DNA of 64,000 nucleotides from Lama guanicoe (Eukaryota), in the NCBI GenBank assembly GCA_013239625.1, contig MU056333.1:10254689-10318688 (forward strand), given 5' to 3'. Every line of letters starts with the position of its first letter. Within the stretch, counting starts at the first letter, position 1. Below the pieces are notes generated by a model. It worked only from the letters and a program-made list of their open reading frames with translations, was not told where the DNA came from and made no database searches. Positions 1 to 12,700 of the stretch are shown here, one piece after another. A program made the translations under genes and the position numbers.

Positions 1-405
1 TGAGCTCAAATGTAATATCGCATTGAAAATTGAAAAACAACTTGCAAAGGACTAAGCAGATAAATTCCTGTATACGTAGAGGCCAGTGCATTCTTAAAAC
101 CACCACTAGGTGGAACAGTCACTGCGATATTGATAGTGAGTTCCCTTGCACCAGTTCACCAGGAACAGGAGTACTAAGAATTAGATCACAAATCATAATC
201 TGAAGTGTCATCGTTACCTTGGCACTATGTTAAATCCTTAACTCAAATTTTAAAAAAACTGCAATGTTGAGCTGTTACTCATTAAGGAACCTAATGCTTT
301 CATCTAAATTATACTTCCTGGTTCTGAATGGCGTGAGTTCCATTTACCAAGACATTTTTTAACCTAGCTGTTTTGACTTTCAGCTAAGTTTGGTATCATA
401 CTTAC

Positions 406-477
406 TTATCCAAGACCTGGGGATCCTCAGGGCTCTTATTTTCATATTCTAGAAGTTCAAGAAAACTCTGCATGTAC
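406..477 (-). CDS. PDK3: PDK3 coding exon 3 (72 nt; WYMQSFLELLEYENKSPEDPQVLD)
   Basis: Acceptor ctctttttttcag| at 479-478, donor |gtaagt at 405-400. Frame is continuous with exon 2 (TG|G = Trp). The gene continues beyond the left edge of the window. Confidence 0.97.
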
Positions 478-495
478 CTGAAAAAAAGAGTTATT

Positions 496-1092
496 GTGTT
501 AGTTGCCTACCCAACATCCCTCCCTCCTCCTTTCTCTCTTCCTTAAGAGCACCTTTAGTCTCCACTCAGGTATCCATCCAATCCCTTCCACCCTCATGTC
601 GCCCAAGTGCTTCAGGGGAAGCTGATACCATGCAAAACTCCTGGGAGGCCTGGTTTTTTTCCCCAGGTAATCCTATTTCTCTTGTCACTAGTTCCTAATA
701 GCTCAACAGTCCTGCTCTAAGCCTGTCACTGCATCGTATTCCTCTGAACACAGGGATGTGACTCAGGAATGGACAAAACTGCCTCAATTCAGGCCAGTAA
801 AATAAGAGAGCAGACTTGCTGGTGGTCTTTGGGAGAGAAATCAACTTGCTCTGCTTTTATACAGTGGGGTGTGTGGATGTAAAGCCTGGAACTGCTGCAG
901 CTATTTTGGCACCAGAACATCCAGCCTGAAAATGAAGCCAAACCCATGGAAAGTGGGGCCTTGATAATCTCGTGAATCTCTGAATCAAACCAACAGCAAA
1001 AGCTTGTCCTATGGCTAGATTTACTTAGTTACAATTTATTGCTTAAGCCAGGTTTTCTGCTGATTGCTAACAAACATATCCTAACCGATGCA
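496..1092 (+). mobile_element. Ancient ERVL-MaLR LTR (MLT1J/K/L-like)
   Basis: GTTGCCTACCCAACATCC near the start and TTTTCTG...ATCCTAACCGATGCA at the end, typical of old MLT1 LTRs. Confidence 0.65.
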
Positions 1093-2004
1093 CCAAGTCT
1101 ATAGTATGATTACCAAAAAGGGGGCATATAAATTTTTAAGAAGTACGTGTGTGGCCCTAAAGTGAATGCTAAGAGTTTAGAACTAGAAATAAAGAAGGTT
1201 CCTTCTCAGAGTTCACTGAATTTCATCAACATGTAATGAAAGAGAAAGAATGCCTCTTAGGGCCTCAGAAACAGCTTCTGGATTAAGAATACCGACGTAG
1301 CTCATTCAGGGTCAGTGTAAGAAATAATGTGACCAACATAAAGGTCTGGAGAACAGAAGAAAAATGGGACTCAGAGGAGCACTTGACAGGAGCAGCTACA
1401 CCCAGACAGAACCTGCTGGGTCTTGTGGCGACTCAGAGATTCCAATTACTTAGAGCTGTGCGAGCTCTGCTTTGGGTCTTAACATGTCCTGAAAGAAGTA
1501 CCCCTTATTGTTATTATTTCTAAAAATTAATTACTACTAATCTTACCGTCCCGCTTTGGATAGAGGATGAGGGCACTCTAAAAATGACTGTTAAGCTTAT
1601 AAATACATAAACAGGAATGACGTTATATTTATCAGCCTCCCCTGAACTTTGTGACAACACATGCTACTAAAGTATATTCATCTCTGGGTATATTTTTTTA
1701 AAGTTTCTGAGCATATAAGGCTGTGGATTAGACATTGTGAGGATCATTAGGTCAAACCACCCTGAGAGGCCACAGTCAGCCATGCACAGTGATGCCCTCT
1801 GCCCTGACACATGTCAGCAGAACCTCAGGCAGGCATCCCATCCTTCTGGAAGGGGACAGTTCATTTACAGAGCAAAGTTATAAATGGAGAGGAATCAAAG
1901 GTTATGCTGAGCTTCCTGGCCTGAAAGTCAAGAAAGCTAGGAGATCGCGCTCTGACCGAGGTGCACTTCTCAGCCATTATACTTAAGATCCGCTTTCAAG
2001 AGGA

Positions 2005-2497
2005 AAAGGAAATGACAAGTAAACACAATGCATGATCCCTGAACTGGATTCCTAAGTCGGGGGTGGGGGGTTGCTTAAAAAGAAAAGCACTATTAGGACA
2101 ATTAATGAAATGAGAGCAAGTTCTATACATTAGACAACAGTACTGTATCAATGTTAAATTTCCCAAATGTGACAATCATACTGTGATTTTCTAAGAGTTG
2201 TTCTAAGGAGGCACACATTCAGGCATAAAGGGGCATGGTGCCTACCATTAATCCAATGGTTTAGAAAAAAATAATGTATCTTATATATATAGATATATGT
2301 GTGGTGTACCATATATATAGGTATAGTGTACCATACAAAGATATACAGAGAGAGAATATGGATGCAGATGATAAAACAAATATTGCCAAATGTTAACAAT
2401 TAGTGAATCTGGGCAAAGGTATTTGGAAACTCTTGCTAGTCTTGCAAACCCTTCTGTTAAATAGAAAATTATTTCAAAATTCAGTGTTTAAAAAAGG
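2005..2497 (+). mobile_element. Old L1 3' end (L1MC-like)
   Basis: TGTATCAATGTTAAATTTCC...AAATGTTAACAATTAGTGAATCTGGG...AAATTATTTCAAAAT. Confidence 0.7.
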
Positions 2498-4104
2498 AAG
2501 AAATAACATGCATGTGTTTAGAATGGCTATGGAAGGGGAAGGGTAGGAAGACTTAAAAAAAAAAGTTGACTCAATCATTTGAGTCTGTACTTTACCAGCA
2601 ATTCACTTTGAAGCCCCTGAAGTGCCTTTTACATAAGTGATAACTGTAAATGTTTGACTGTCACCACCACCAGGACCAGGGGACTTGACAGTCATTTAGC
2701 CTACCTAGAATTCCCAGTACAGTACCTGGTCCCTGAGAGTGCTTACACACGTTCTGCTGGAAAATCTCTAATCATGGTCTTGGAGCAATAAAGAAGTCTC
2801 AGGCAAATAAGTACTTGCTGCCCCCTGAAACAAGCTATGAACTTAGGGTAAAATCCAACTGACTCTGAGATGGGAGCCACGGTCACCACCTCTCTGAGGG
2901 GTCTTGGCTTCCGGGGCCCCTTTGCCTGCCACAGTGAGGAGCTGCTGCTTGTCTGGGACAGGGACTGGACACTGTCATCGATAAGACCACCCAACAGAGT
3001 GTTTCTCAGATGATTCATTCTCAACCTTAAGAATTTCTTTTTTTTTTCCTTAACAATTTCTTATAACGAATATTACTGAGGAATGACTGGTGAATGTCCA
3101 TTCTCTTTCAGTAGCCCAGTCTCCGTGAACCCTCTAAACGCAAACTAATGAATAGTTTTATTCCCCCCACATCTATCCACATCATTCCCGTCCCCTAAAC
3201 TGCTCTCCCTGTCCCTGTCAGTTCCAACCACCCCCCCTACCAAGGGGCAGTGCAAACCACAGCTGGCACGCCCCCCTCCCCTGTGCTCCCACGGCACTTC
3301 CTCTGCACTGGCTTGAGAGCACTGTTTGCATCTGGCCTCCTGAACCCCTCCAGCTTGCAGCATGGGGATGACTTCTTTGCTTGCATGATATAGTGGAGTA
3401 GTGCAAGCGTCTCTCGAATCAATGCAAATCCTTTTCTAAAAATATACCACCTGCTCTTCCACCCCACCACGCCCCCATCAGGCTCTGCTTACCGAGTGGG
3501 TAGTTCAGTCACAAATTAAACTTCCTCAATTAGACAGCACACGCTTTACACATCACAACTACACCTGAATGAAGTTACTTACACCCTGTTACGATTTTTC
3601 AGACTTTTCACAGGGCAGCTGAAGCACACCAGGTAGCTGGTATTTTTCATACAGGAGGTTCCCCTTTATACGACTGATTTTGTCCTAAAATAAGTATTGT
3701 CGTCAAGAAACTTCTTTGAAAGGAAAACAGAAGGAGCACGGTGGAGACTGGGCCAAAGCAGCAACATCCCCCTACCCAAAGGATCGTAGACCTGCTCACA
3801 TGGGCCACTATGGTGCTATTCCTTTACATCTTTCTGTACTTTCCTTTTTTTCAGTAAAAATCAGATTTATAACCAGAAAAAATGTGCAAAGTCAAGATGT
3901 CTAGTTTAGTTTAGAAGTATTTTCCTTAGGACAATTATACATTGTCGGTTAAAAAAAACAAAATTTAATTGCCTGGGAAACCCAGCTATCCTGAATGACT
4001 CATTCTCACACAAGCAGTATGTGTACTTTTAGGGAGGATGGTCCCAGTGCCAAATGTTCAGAGCACTATGGGGAGACCCATGTGAAGCCACATTATTTAC
4101 TTAC

Positions 4105-4246
4105 CAACTCTGAACCAATCCCACCGAAGGGCGGTTAAGCAAATTATCTGGCAGAAGATTAACCTCTCTCATTGTGTTAGCCAGTCGCACAGGAAGCTCC
4201 TTCCGTAGGAACATATACGAAGTTTTTTCACACGCATTATCTCTCC
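4105..4246 (-). CDS. PDK3: PDK3 coding exon 2 (142 nt; [48 protein letters not shown])
   Basis: Hand translation of the minus strand. Acceptor ctcttaatag|G at 4248-4247, donor TG|gtaagt at 4104-4099. Phase fits exon 1 and contains the PDK-family ELPVRLAN motif. Not in the ORF track. Confidence 0.98.
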
Positions 4247-6337
4247 CTATTAAGAGATGAAAAATAGTCCATGGTTTTATAATCTAACAAGCTGGAACAG
4301 TAAAGTGAACTCATGGTAGCCCAGTGACTGGTTGGGAAGAGAAAAGTAAGTAATCTGGCAGTCTCTAATTAAATTTTTAGCCTCTGACATGGCAAGTTTA
4401 AGGAACTAACTTAATTAGAATCGAAAAAGAACATTTACTCCAAGAGGCAACCTTCAAAGCAGGTTTTTTTTCCCTTAGCACAAATACGTCCCTAGTGTTA
4501 ACCAGCGGCTTGGTATAAAAGTGACCTGTAATATAATCTGAATTTGTTTTCAAACAAACACCGTGGGGAAACTGCCAAGTACAAAAGTAGGAGAACACGG
4601 AAACCCACTCCTGTTCATGGGGGTTTCCAGAAGGCAACAGATGTTTCACAAGTATTCACCTACTGTGGGCCGACTGTGTCCTAAGATTTTCTTCCAGCGT
4701 GTTTCTTCCAGGACCATAGCTCTGCCCCTCTAGGAAGCAGCCACAGACCCCAGCTCTGACCAAGACACAGGACTCGGGAGGTGCCAGAGAAACCAGCCAA
4801 CAGGTGCTCTCGGAAATGGAGTGATGTCCTAGAGCACGTCTAAGAGGGTAAGACACATTGGTGGCTATGCGGACAGAGGTCAAGGAGTCTTCTGTTCAGT
4901 GACCTGAGCTGGCTGTGAATAACACTTACATAACTAGGGCCGGTGAGAGTAAAGGTATCCAGGCACCTGAAAGAGGAACCCCGAGCCCTTTCCCCAGCTG
5001 CCATGTGAACAGAGCAGTTCCTGACTGCTCCTGCCCTCAACCCCAGCCCTGCTGCAAACCTAGTGATGGTTGGGGAATGGAAGATGTGACAGAAAAGACA
5101 TGAGCTTTGGGGACAGAAATGTGCTTCAGCCTCAACTTCTCCATTTTGGGGGTGGGAAACCCTTGGCAAACTTCTCAACCCCTGAGTCTCAGCTACCTTA
5201 ATCTGTAAAATGGAGATGAAACTTCCATTTTTTAAATGACTAAATGTGACCACATATGTGGAGCCTGCCACAGAGCAATGAACATAGTCCTTCTGTCCTC
5301 TGTGATACTTATGGGTCCGTCCCAACTCCCTCACACTCGGACAGGCCTTCCCCATGCCCCATGTTCCCTTCAGGCTGTTTGAAAATGGGCAACCTTGGGG
5401 CTGGGCCCTGAGAGAGGGAAGCAGGGCTCATCGAATGATTTTCTCCTCCAAACTCTCTTCTTTCCTCCACATGTGATGAAGGCAGCAAATTAGACATTCA
5501 AAAGTAAATCCGTTCTAACACTTCCAGCCAAATTCTGGTTGATTCCTTTCCTGTCCCCACTGAGTAAGACTGGAAATAAAAGAACCCACTTTTGAGAGGC
5601 ATCTGCAGAACCTCTTCCCTCCATTTCCAAAAGGAAAGTTAAAATAAAGATTAAAGTCTTAACCCACCCATCACTTTCCTCATTCTAAGCGAATTGTATA
5701 GTGAAGGCCTTCAGTAAATCTTTAATCAATAATTCTGCCTTTCCCCTTTCTCCCAAGGGAAATACTCCAAAAAAAAAAAAAAAAGATGGCCTTAGATGAT
5801 TAACGTTTACGACTCAGGGTGCTCTGCTTTAGGTGATACATCTATCATTCCCAAAATATTCTGCATAAAATTTTTATGGCTAAATCATTTAAATGCACTA
5901 AAAGTGCTATTATTTAAAAACAACTCAGAGTGAACCCCATTATAAAATGAAGGCTCTATTATCTAAGTTAAAATGTGAAACTCCATCTGCACATACCAGG
6001 AGAAATATTTTGAATCCTGGTTAAATAGAAAGGACATTTTTTAAAAAGCACAAAAGAAATGTTGAAGTTCTCCCCGGAGGAGAAGGAAGTCAGGGAGTGG
6101 GGAAGAAGGAAGAACCCCGTGGTGCTGACTTGGAACAGGGGATATCAGTACTCAGGATTTTAACAAATTATCTTGGTTTTTGGGGTAGTGAAAGTTGATG
6201 TGCTTAAACTTCCACATCCACAGCGTAAGAGGAGCAGCAACTTAGCAGCATGGGGAGGGGGATGTGAGGGGCCTGCGGTGAAGGAGGGTCATGAGAAATG
6301 ACAGCGGGCTGGCAGGGGCCAGGTGGCAAGGGATGCT

Positions 6338-6643
6338 CAAGTACCCATCTGTTCTGAAAACCCACAGGGCTAGATGGCTTCAGAATTTAAAAGTGTCCAG
6401 ATTTTAGGAAGGTCAAAAGGAGTACATATACCCACTGTGCAACACAGTCTATTACAGAGACACAATACGGCTGCAGTGCATTCTGTGAATGATGACACCC
6501 AGCAGGGAAAGACTACGGCCCCAAATCAGTTCAGGCCAGGTTTTGCCACGGACTGAGTTTTGGCAGCGAAGGTATGAAAAAAAAGAACTTCAATGTTTCA
6601 AGCTTTGTGGACTTCAGAATTCAGATAAAAGACTGCAGGCCTG
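6338..6643. mobile_element. Tigger-derived MITE (MER46C-like)
   Basis: CAAATCAGTTCAGGCCAGGTTTTGCCAC and terminal TTCAGAATTCAGATAAAAGACTGCAGGCCTG. Confidence 0.65.
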
Positions 6644-9199
6644 TTGAACAGTAATTCCAAGATCAGGTGCCAGAGTTGGACGAGGGTTTGAATCCTGTCC
6701 CGAGCACCCGCAAGCTTCGTGGATGCAGGCAAGTGTCATCATGCATCCAAGGAGGGGTGGAGCCATCTATAAAATCAGGACAGGACCTATTTTGGAGAGA
6801 TGGCAGCGAGGGTTAAAAAGTGCTTAACATTTAACATTAACAGATTCTTAACATTTAGAAGAGGGGGCTCATTAAACACAACCACTAATGATGCCTGATG
6901 GTGATAAAGCAGAACAGCCCGAGGCCCTGGGGTGCCAGATCAAACAGCCTGATACTCGCTAAGCCCTGAGAGGCTGACTGCATTCCGGTTCAGCGCCGGC
7001 TCCTGCGCTCATTTGATGATTCTACATAATTAAAAAAGGATTAAAGTAGGTTCTGTGTCCCCACCATCCACTTTTACTTATTTTAAAATAAAAGGCCTTG
7101 ATGCTTACATTGGTCAACTCTGCACTAACTGCAATCAGCCACCAGGCATGGCTTGAAATAACCAAATTCCAGGAAGCATTTATTTGAGCTTTCTTGGATT
7201 CTCAGCCTTTTATAAAGTAGTGTTGAAAGAAACTTTATTTGTCTCTATATCCCCTATGGTAACTTCTCAGTGATTTACTGGAAGAACAGATAATACTTTC
7301 AGAAGTTTGTATTTTTAAAAAAAGAAAAAAGTACCTGCAAAATCTCAGGTTCTGCCTCCCACATTCTAATTTAGCTTTAGAGACGAATTCTTTGTACTCG
7401 GGTACCTTAATTATACATCAGCTTAAGCAGGGGGATAAGTCTTTTTTAGTTAATTAGTGAACCTAAAAATAAATATGAAATGTCTGATTCTTTTAAACCT
7501 TTCTGCGGTTTTTCTCATATAAGTTGAAAGCATTTTATCCTATGTATTAATGTTAAATACTCAGTTTAAATCAAAGGGTTCCAACAATCTTTCTTTTTAG
7601 TTAACTTACCAAAAAGAAATTTTTGGTTTTAACTGAATGCCCTCTCAAAAGAGTTCTGTTTTTCTAAGGCTTCTGGCATATTGAGTTTTTTCCAATTATT
7701 CTTCCCAGTTATTTGACTTCATTTTTTCCCCACTTACTTGTCTTTTCCACATTCCTTAATTTTGATTTTCTATTTTTATTCTGCATTTCTCCATCTACTT
7801 CATCTTATTCAAATTTACCAATTAAATTTTTCCCTAGTATCAGTCGAGAAAATGTGACAGGCATGGAAAACTGACTTCATGAATGCAAATGAGTCATTAG
7901 CTTAAATACACTTATGTATATTTCTTCAGTTTCTCTTCCTCTTTTGATGACCCTTTAATTCTCCTCTATTTTCTGTTAGCTTTTCATACTTTGCCCTTTC
8001 ACTGAGAAGTTGGAGACAATTACTATATTTGCAAAAGGTATGATTGGCTTTGTCTAGAAAGGTTCCAAATAGCTTTCCAATTCACCAAGACACAGGATGA
8101 GTAGACACAGAAACATGAATGACTTCTTCCCCCCATAAATGACTCTGATTTAACATGGGGAGCTCTCTCAGTGATGGTCACTCATAAGAAAGGAGCCTTT
8201 GTCTAGCCTTCTGAGAGCAGGAGCTTTGACTTATTCTTTATACCTGGTTTCCATAGTGGCCCCTACTTCTGGTGAATCTCTAATCCTCTTTTCAACTAAT
8301 TTACAGGAAGCAGAAAAAATAATTATTTATTCCATTAATGAAGTGACCTGATAATATATCTTATAATTAAAGCAGAGGGCTGAGCATGTGCTCCCTAAAA
8401 TGTAGTCTCCTGTCTGGATTACTTGAAGGTTATCTTTGTCCACATCTTTCAGCTTTACACTTGGTGGGGGAGGGTTTGGGAGAGGTAGTAAGGGAATCGG
8501 GGAGCAAAAAGGAGGGCAGTAAATGGAAAAATGACTGGCAAGGCACCAAAACCCAACAAAATGATCAGCTCATCCTGATAAGGCCGCTTTTGCTAAATAT
8601 TGTCAATTAAATGTTTCAGTTTTACAATGTATTTTTTATCATTAACTGTGCTAAAATTGGTTAAATTTAACTGAGAAAATAATATTTCAGGGGCAGCTCT
8701 TTGATTTTTCTTCAGTTGTATTTATAAGATTTAAATCTTTTGAAAACATCAAATTTTAGGATAAGATTATTCTTGAACTTCCCAGGGCTATAAACAATGA
8801 CTAATTGAATAGTCCTTCAAAAGAAACAATGAGAAATGTGAATGGAGAGCTATCAAGTGATTGTCAAAATCCTTCAAAAGAATCCCCCTTTTTTAAAGCT
8901 TCACTTATACTGTTGAAATGTTTGTTTTACTCCATGTCCAGAAATACTATTTCACTGCCTAGGAAGTTTAACAGTTTTCCTTTGTTTGGGAAAACTTATT
9001 CCTGAATTTAAAAAGATCAAAACAGGTAGCAGGTTTGGGGTCTACCAAGCTTGAGGCTGCCTCCACTCTAGGCCTGTCCATGTTTGGGTTATTACTAACA
9101 GTGAGTCAGAAACTCAGAACCAAAGAGCTAAAGACTGGGGATTTCACACATACCTCATTCCCTATCAAATTCAATGCCCCCAACAACACCCAGCTCTCT

Positions 9200-9720
9200 C
9201 ACTACTTCTTTGAGCCTAGTGCCTACTTTATTATGGTCACAGATTCTATGGGCCAGGAATTCAGACAGGACGAAGGAGGGATGGCTGGTCTGGGACCTTG
9301 GCTGGGAAACCTTAAATGTTGGGGACTGACTAGACCAAGGAGGGCTACAAGTATCCCAAGGTTCCCGCCCACAAGTCTGATCCTTGGGCCGATCACTTGC
9401 CGACTGGGATTGCCTACTAGAGCATCATCAGGTGGAGTCTCTGCATGCTTCTTCACAGCATGGTGGCCGCAGGCGTCATAGATCCCTTTATGCCCAGTAA
9501 ACAAGGCAGAGGCTGCATGGCCTTTTATGACCCAGCTGCAGAAGTCACACAGCGAGCCCCCTCCTGCCATACTCAGTTGGCCTAAGCAGCCATAGCCTGC
9601 CCAGATTCCAGCGGGAGGCGATCAGAATCCCCTCCCCTTGATGGGCTGGCAAGGACACACTGTAGAAAAGCACTGTGACAGCCATCTTTGGAAGATGTTT
9701 AGGAGGAGGTGTAGAAGATG
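9200..9720 (-). mobile_element. MaLR LTR (MLT1H/I/J-like)
   Basis: CACAGATTCTATGGGCCAGGAATTCAGACAGG...GCCCAGATTC...CAGCCATCTTTGGAA. Confidence 0.7.
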
Positions 9721-12700
9721 ATTTACTTCTCAAATTATAAATTATATTTTAAAGCACACTTCTACTACCTGAATTTGTTTCCTTCGGGATCTTTTTTTTT
9801 TTTTTTGCTGTTTATTTTCCTTAGTATCTCTTTCTCACGTCGATCCCTGCTTGTTCAGTCAGCTTTGCAAGTGAGGCAGCCTAAGGACTAAGTGAGCACC
9901 CAAACACCTGACTGCAGAGTGCTTTTTGGTGAGGTCCTAACAGCACTCCAGCTTCCCTTATTGTTCTTCAACAGCTCATTCGATGCCTTTAGAGAAGAGC
10001 TCCCCTTTCACCCTTTACTTTGCCTAGGGGTAACTGCCTGCCTAGGAATGTTCTGATGGTCAGGGTGGAGGGTAACCCTTCTGCCTGCAGACTTCCAGGT
10101 CATTCTCCAGTTTTCACCCAGCCGCCCTACCTGCCACTCCCGCCCTCTATCTGTGGTGCTGCATTACTGAGATAATATCTAAGAGCCAAAAAGGTGTAAA
10201 TACAGAGGGAGGGACGTAGGGATAAGGACGGATGGAAGGGGGAATCGATAAAAAGCAAACATAGCAAAGTAACCTAGACATGGGTGTCAACTGTATTGTT
10301 CTTAGAATTTTTCCTCAGGTCCAAAATTTTTCCAAATACAAGGTTTGGGAGAGACATTGTAAATAACCTAAGTAGACAACAATAAGGGAATAGTAAAATA
10401 AATTACAATATTGAATATTTACATGGGGAAATATACAGTCATTAAAAAGTTTTTAAAGAAAAAAAGCAGTCTTCTAAAAGTCTTCCTATAACTGAAGTCT
10501 TTCTATTACCTTCTTTAAAAACCCTACTAGAGCCATTGTATTCTAAAAAAAAAAAAAAGAAAGAAATATGAAAATCTCATACAGAACGTGCTCATATATG
10601 TAGATCTTCCTAATGGGGTCTGAAGTCCACACCATACCTGGCACATTGTAGGTGTTAACTATTTCCTGATTAGGAATGAAAATTACAATATCTAGTAAGT
10701 TTCAGCATAAACTTACAATAGCAAATAATATTCAGGGGTTCAAGATAACATTCGCTGATGATGGTAAATTCCTCTTACAGATAGATCACTTCATTATATA
10801 TATTTGTTTAGGGGTATTCCAGTCCTTAAAGTTAGGGGAAGAAGAGCTGAAAGGCAGATAGGAAGGTGATAAGAAAGTGGCAGAAACTGTCAATATGGTG
10901 TGCCAGGCCAAAGAGTGGAGAAAAGGCATGGAAGTGTTCAGAACTGATATCACAAATAAAGCTTTGACCAGCTAGAGCATGTGAGTAACAACTGTAGCCA
11001 AAGCCACCACACAGAGCCACATCGACCTAATTCCAGAAGGGAGTTTAGGATCAAGTCCTAACGGTGGATGGGTGAGTTACAGAATGTCTTGTTGTCACAG
11101 AAGCATCAACAGTTAAGTAAAGGTCACGCTGTACTCATCATCGAGGTTAACTGAGGCAAAATGTTAAGTTAACCATTACAGTGAATGAAGAAGATCCAAA
11201 GCCAGACATGCTCGAAACACAAATGAGCTGAAACTGCTGTTTCTTGGAAAATGATCAGTTTGTATCACCAGGACCTTCAGCCAACAAACTTGAAGATAAT
11301 TAACATTCAAGGTTAAGAGCTCCCTATGCAGTTTTTATTCTTAGCAGGAAGCTGATTTCATCCAGGAAATGCTGTGTCACTAACTTCCCATAATAAAAGC
11401 ATAGCCAGCATCTACTGAGCACCTACCACGCACGTGCTATGCACCGTGCTGCACATTCTCAATTTCATCAGTGCAATAGCACTATGATTCGATGCTATTG
11501 ATCGTTTCCATTTTGTAGATAGGAACGTTGAAGTGTAGTGGGATTAAGTGACTTGTCCAAGCTTGCACTGGTGGGAGGCACCAGAAATCAAGCCTTGAGT
11601 ACAAGTTCATGTAGACCAGTTATCATATTCCCAGAGTGAGACAAAGGCAGACTGACAAGGGTGGGTCCTCCGAATAAGAATTGTTCCGATGTAAGTAAAT
11701 GAAAGAGGTAGCAATCTGATAGTTCCGAAATGATAAGACTAGACAAACATTAGATTATGCAATTTCCTGACTGTCTAACAGAACACATTTAGACAAAACC
11801 CTAGCATTACTAAAAGAGACGCTGTGTGTTAGAAAGAACTGCACTGGAGCAACGGTATACGTGGAAAGAAATGATATATTACATTGAAAGAAAAAAGCAT
11901 ATGTTTAAAAGCTGATCAACCTGAATTTTAACTGTGGTTTGCTCCTAACTTTGCTTAGGCAAGATATTTAAATCATCTAAGCTGTAGCGTCTTCGTCCAA
12001 GAAATGGAGATATCTATTTCACCTGGATGTTGTGAGAATTAGCTACATCTGCCTCCTGTTGTGTCTGGTAGAGAGTGGTACACAACTGTAAGAGCACTTT
12101 GTCTCCTGGAAACAATGATTTCTGGTTCACATTGGAAGAGGCAGCCAAGATGTTATGTCAACAACTAGCTAGTGATTTGGGCAGTCTCTTCATTACTCAG
12201 GGCTTCTACTTTCTCATGTGTAAAATTGGGGGGGAGGTTGGACAGATGATCCCTAAGCTCAAGTTCCCACTAATTCAATCTAAGAAGGTAACATTTTGGT
12301 TTATACCTCTACACTTTACAGTTATTTATCCTACACCAACCATCCTTAATACTGTACATTCTGGGACAGCTCTGGTGAGAGCACTGCTAGGACTGAGTAG
12401 CCAAGAAAAGGAGCTAGGAATCAAGAAAGAGAGTATACACATTTATATTTGTTCTTCTATTTGAGTTCTCCTTCCAGAAAGCCTCCAAGAATGCTTTGGA
12501 TAAAGGACAATCGGGTTAACACTCCACACACACCCAGAAACCACCTCGATTACACAAACCTTCAAGGAAAAGGTACAGAAAGCATACCACAAACCCATAG
12601 CATTCATACATTTTGGCTAGCATACAAATATTTCTTATTTGTCCTGGCTTTTCATTTATCTATAAGCCCCTCAAAGGCAGCAACTATGCCTTGACAATTT

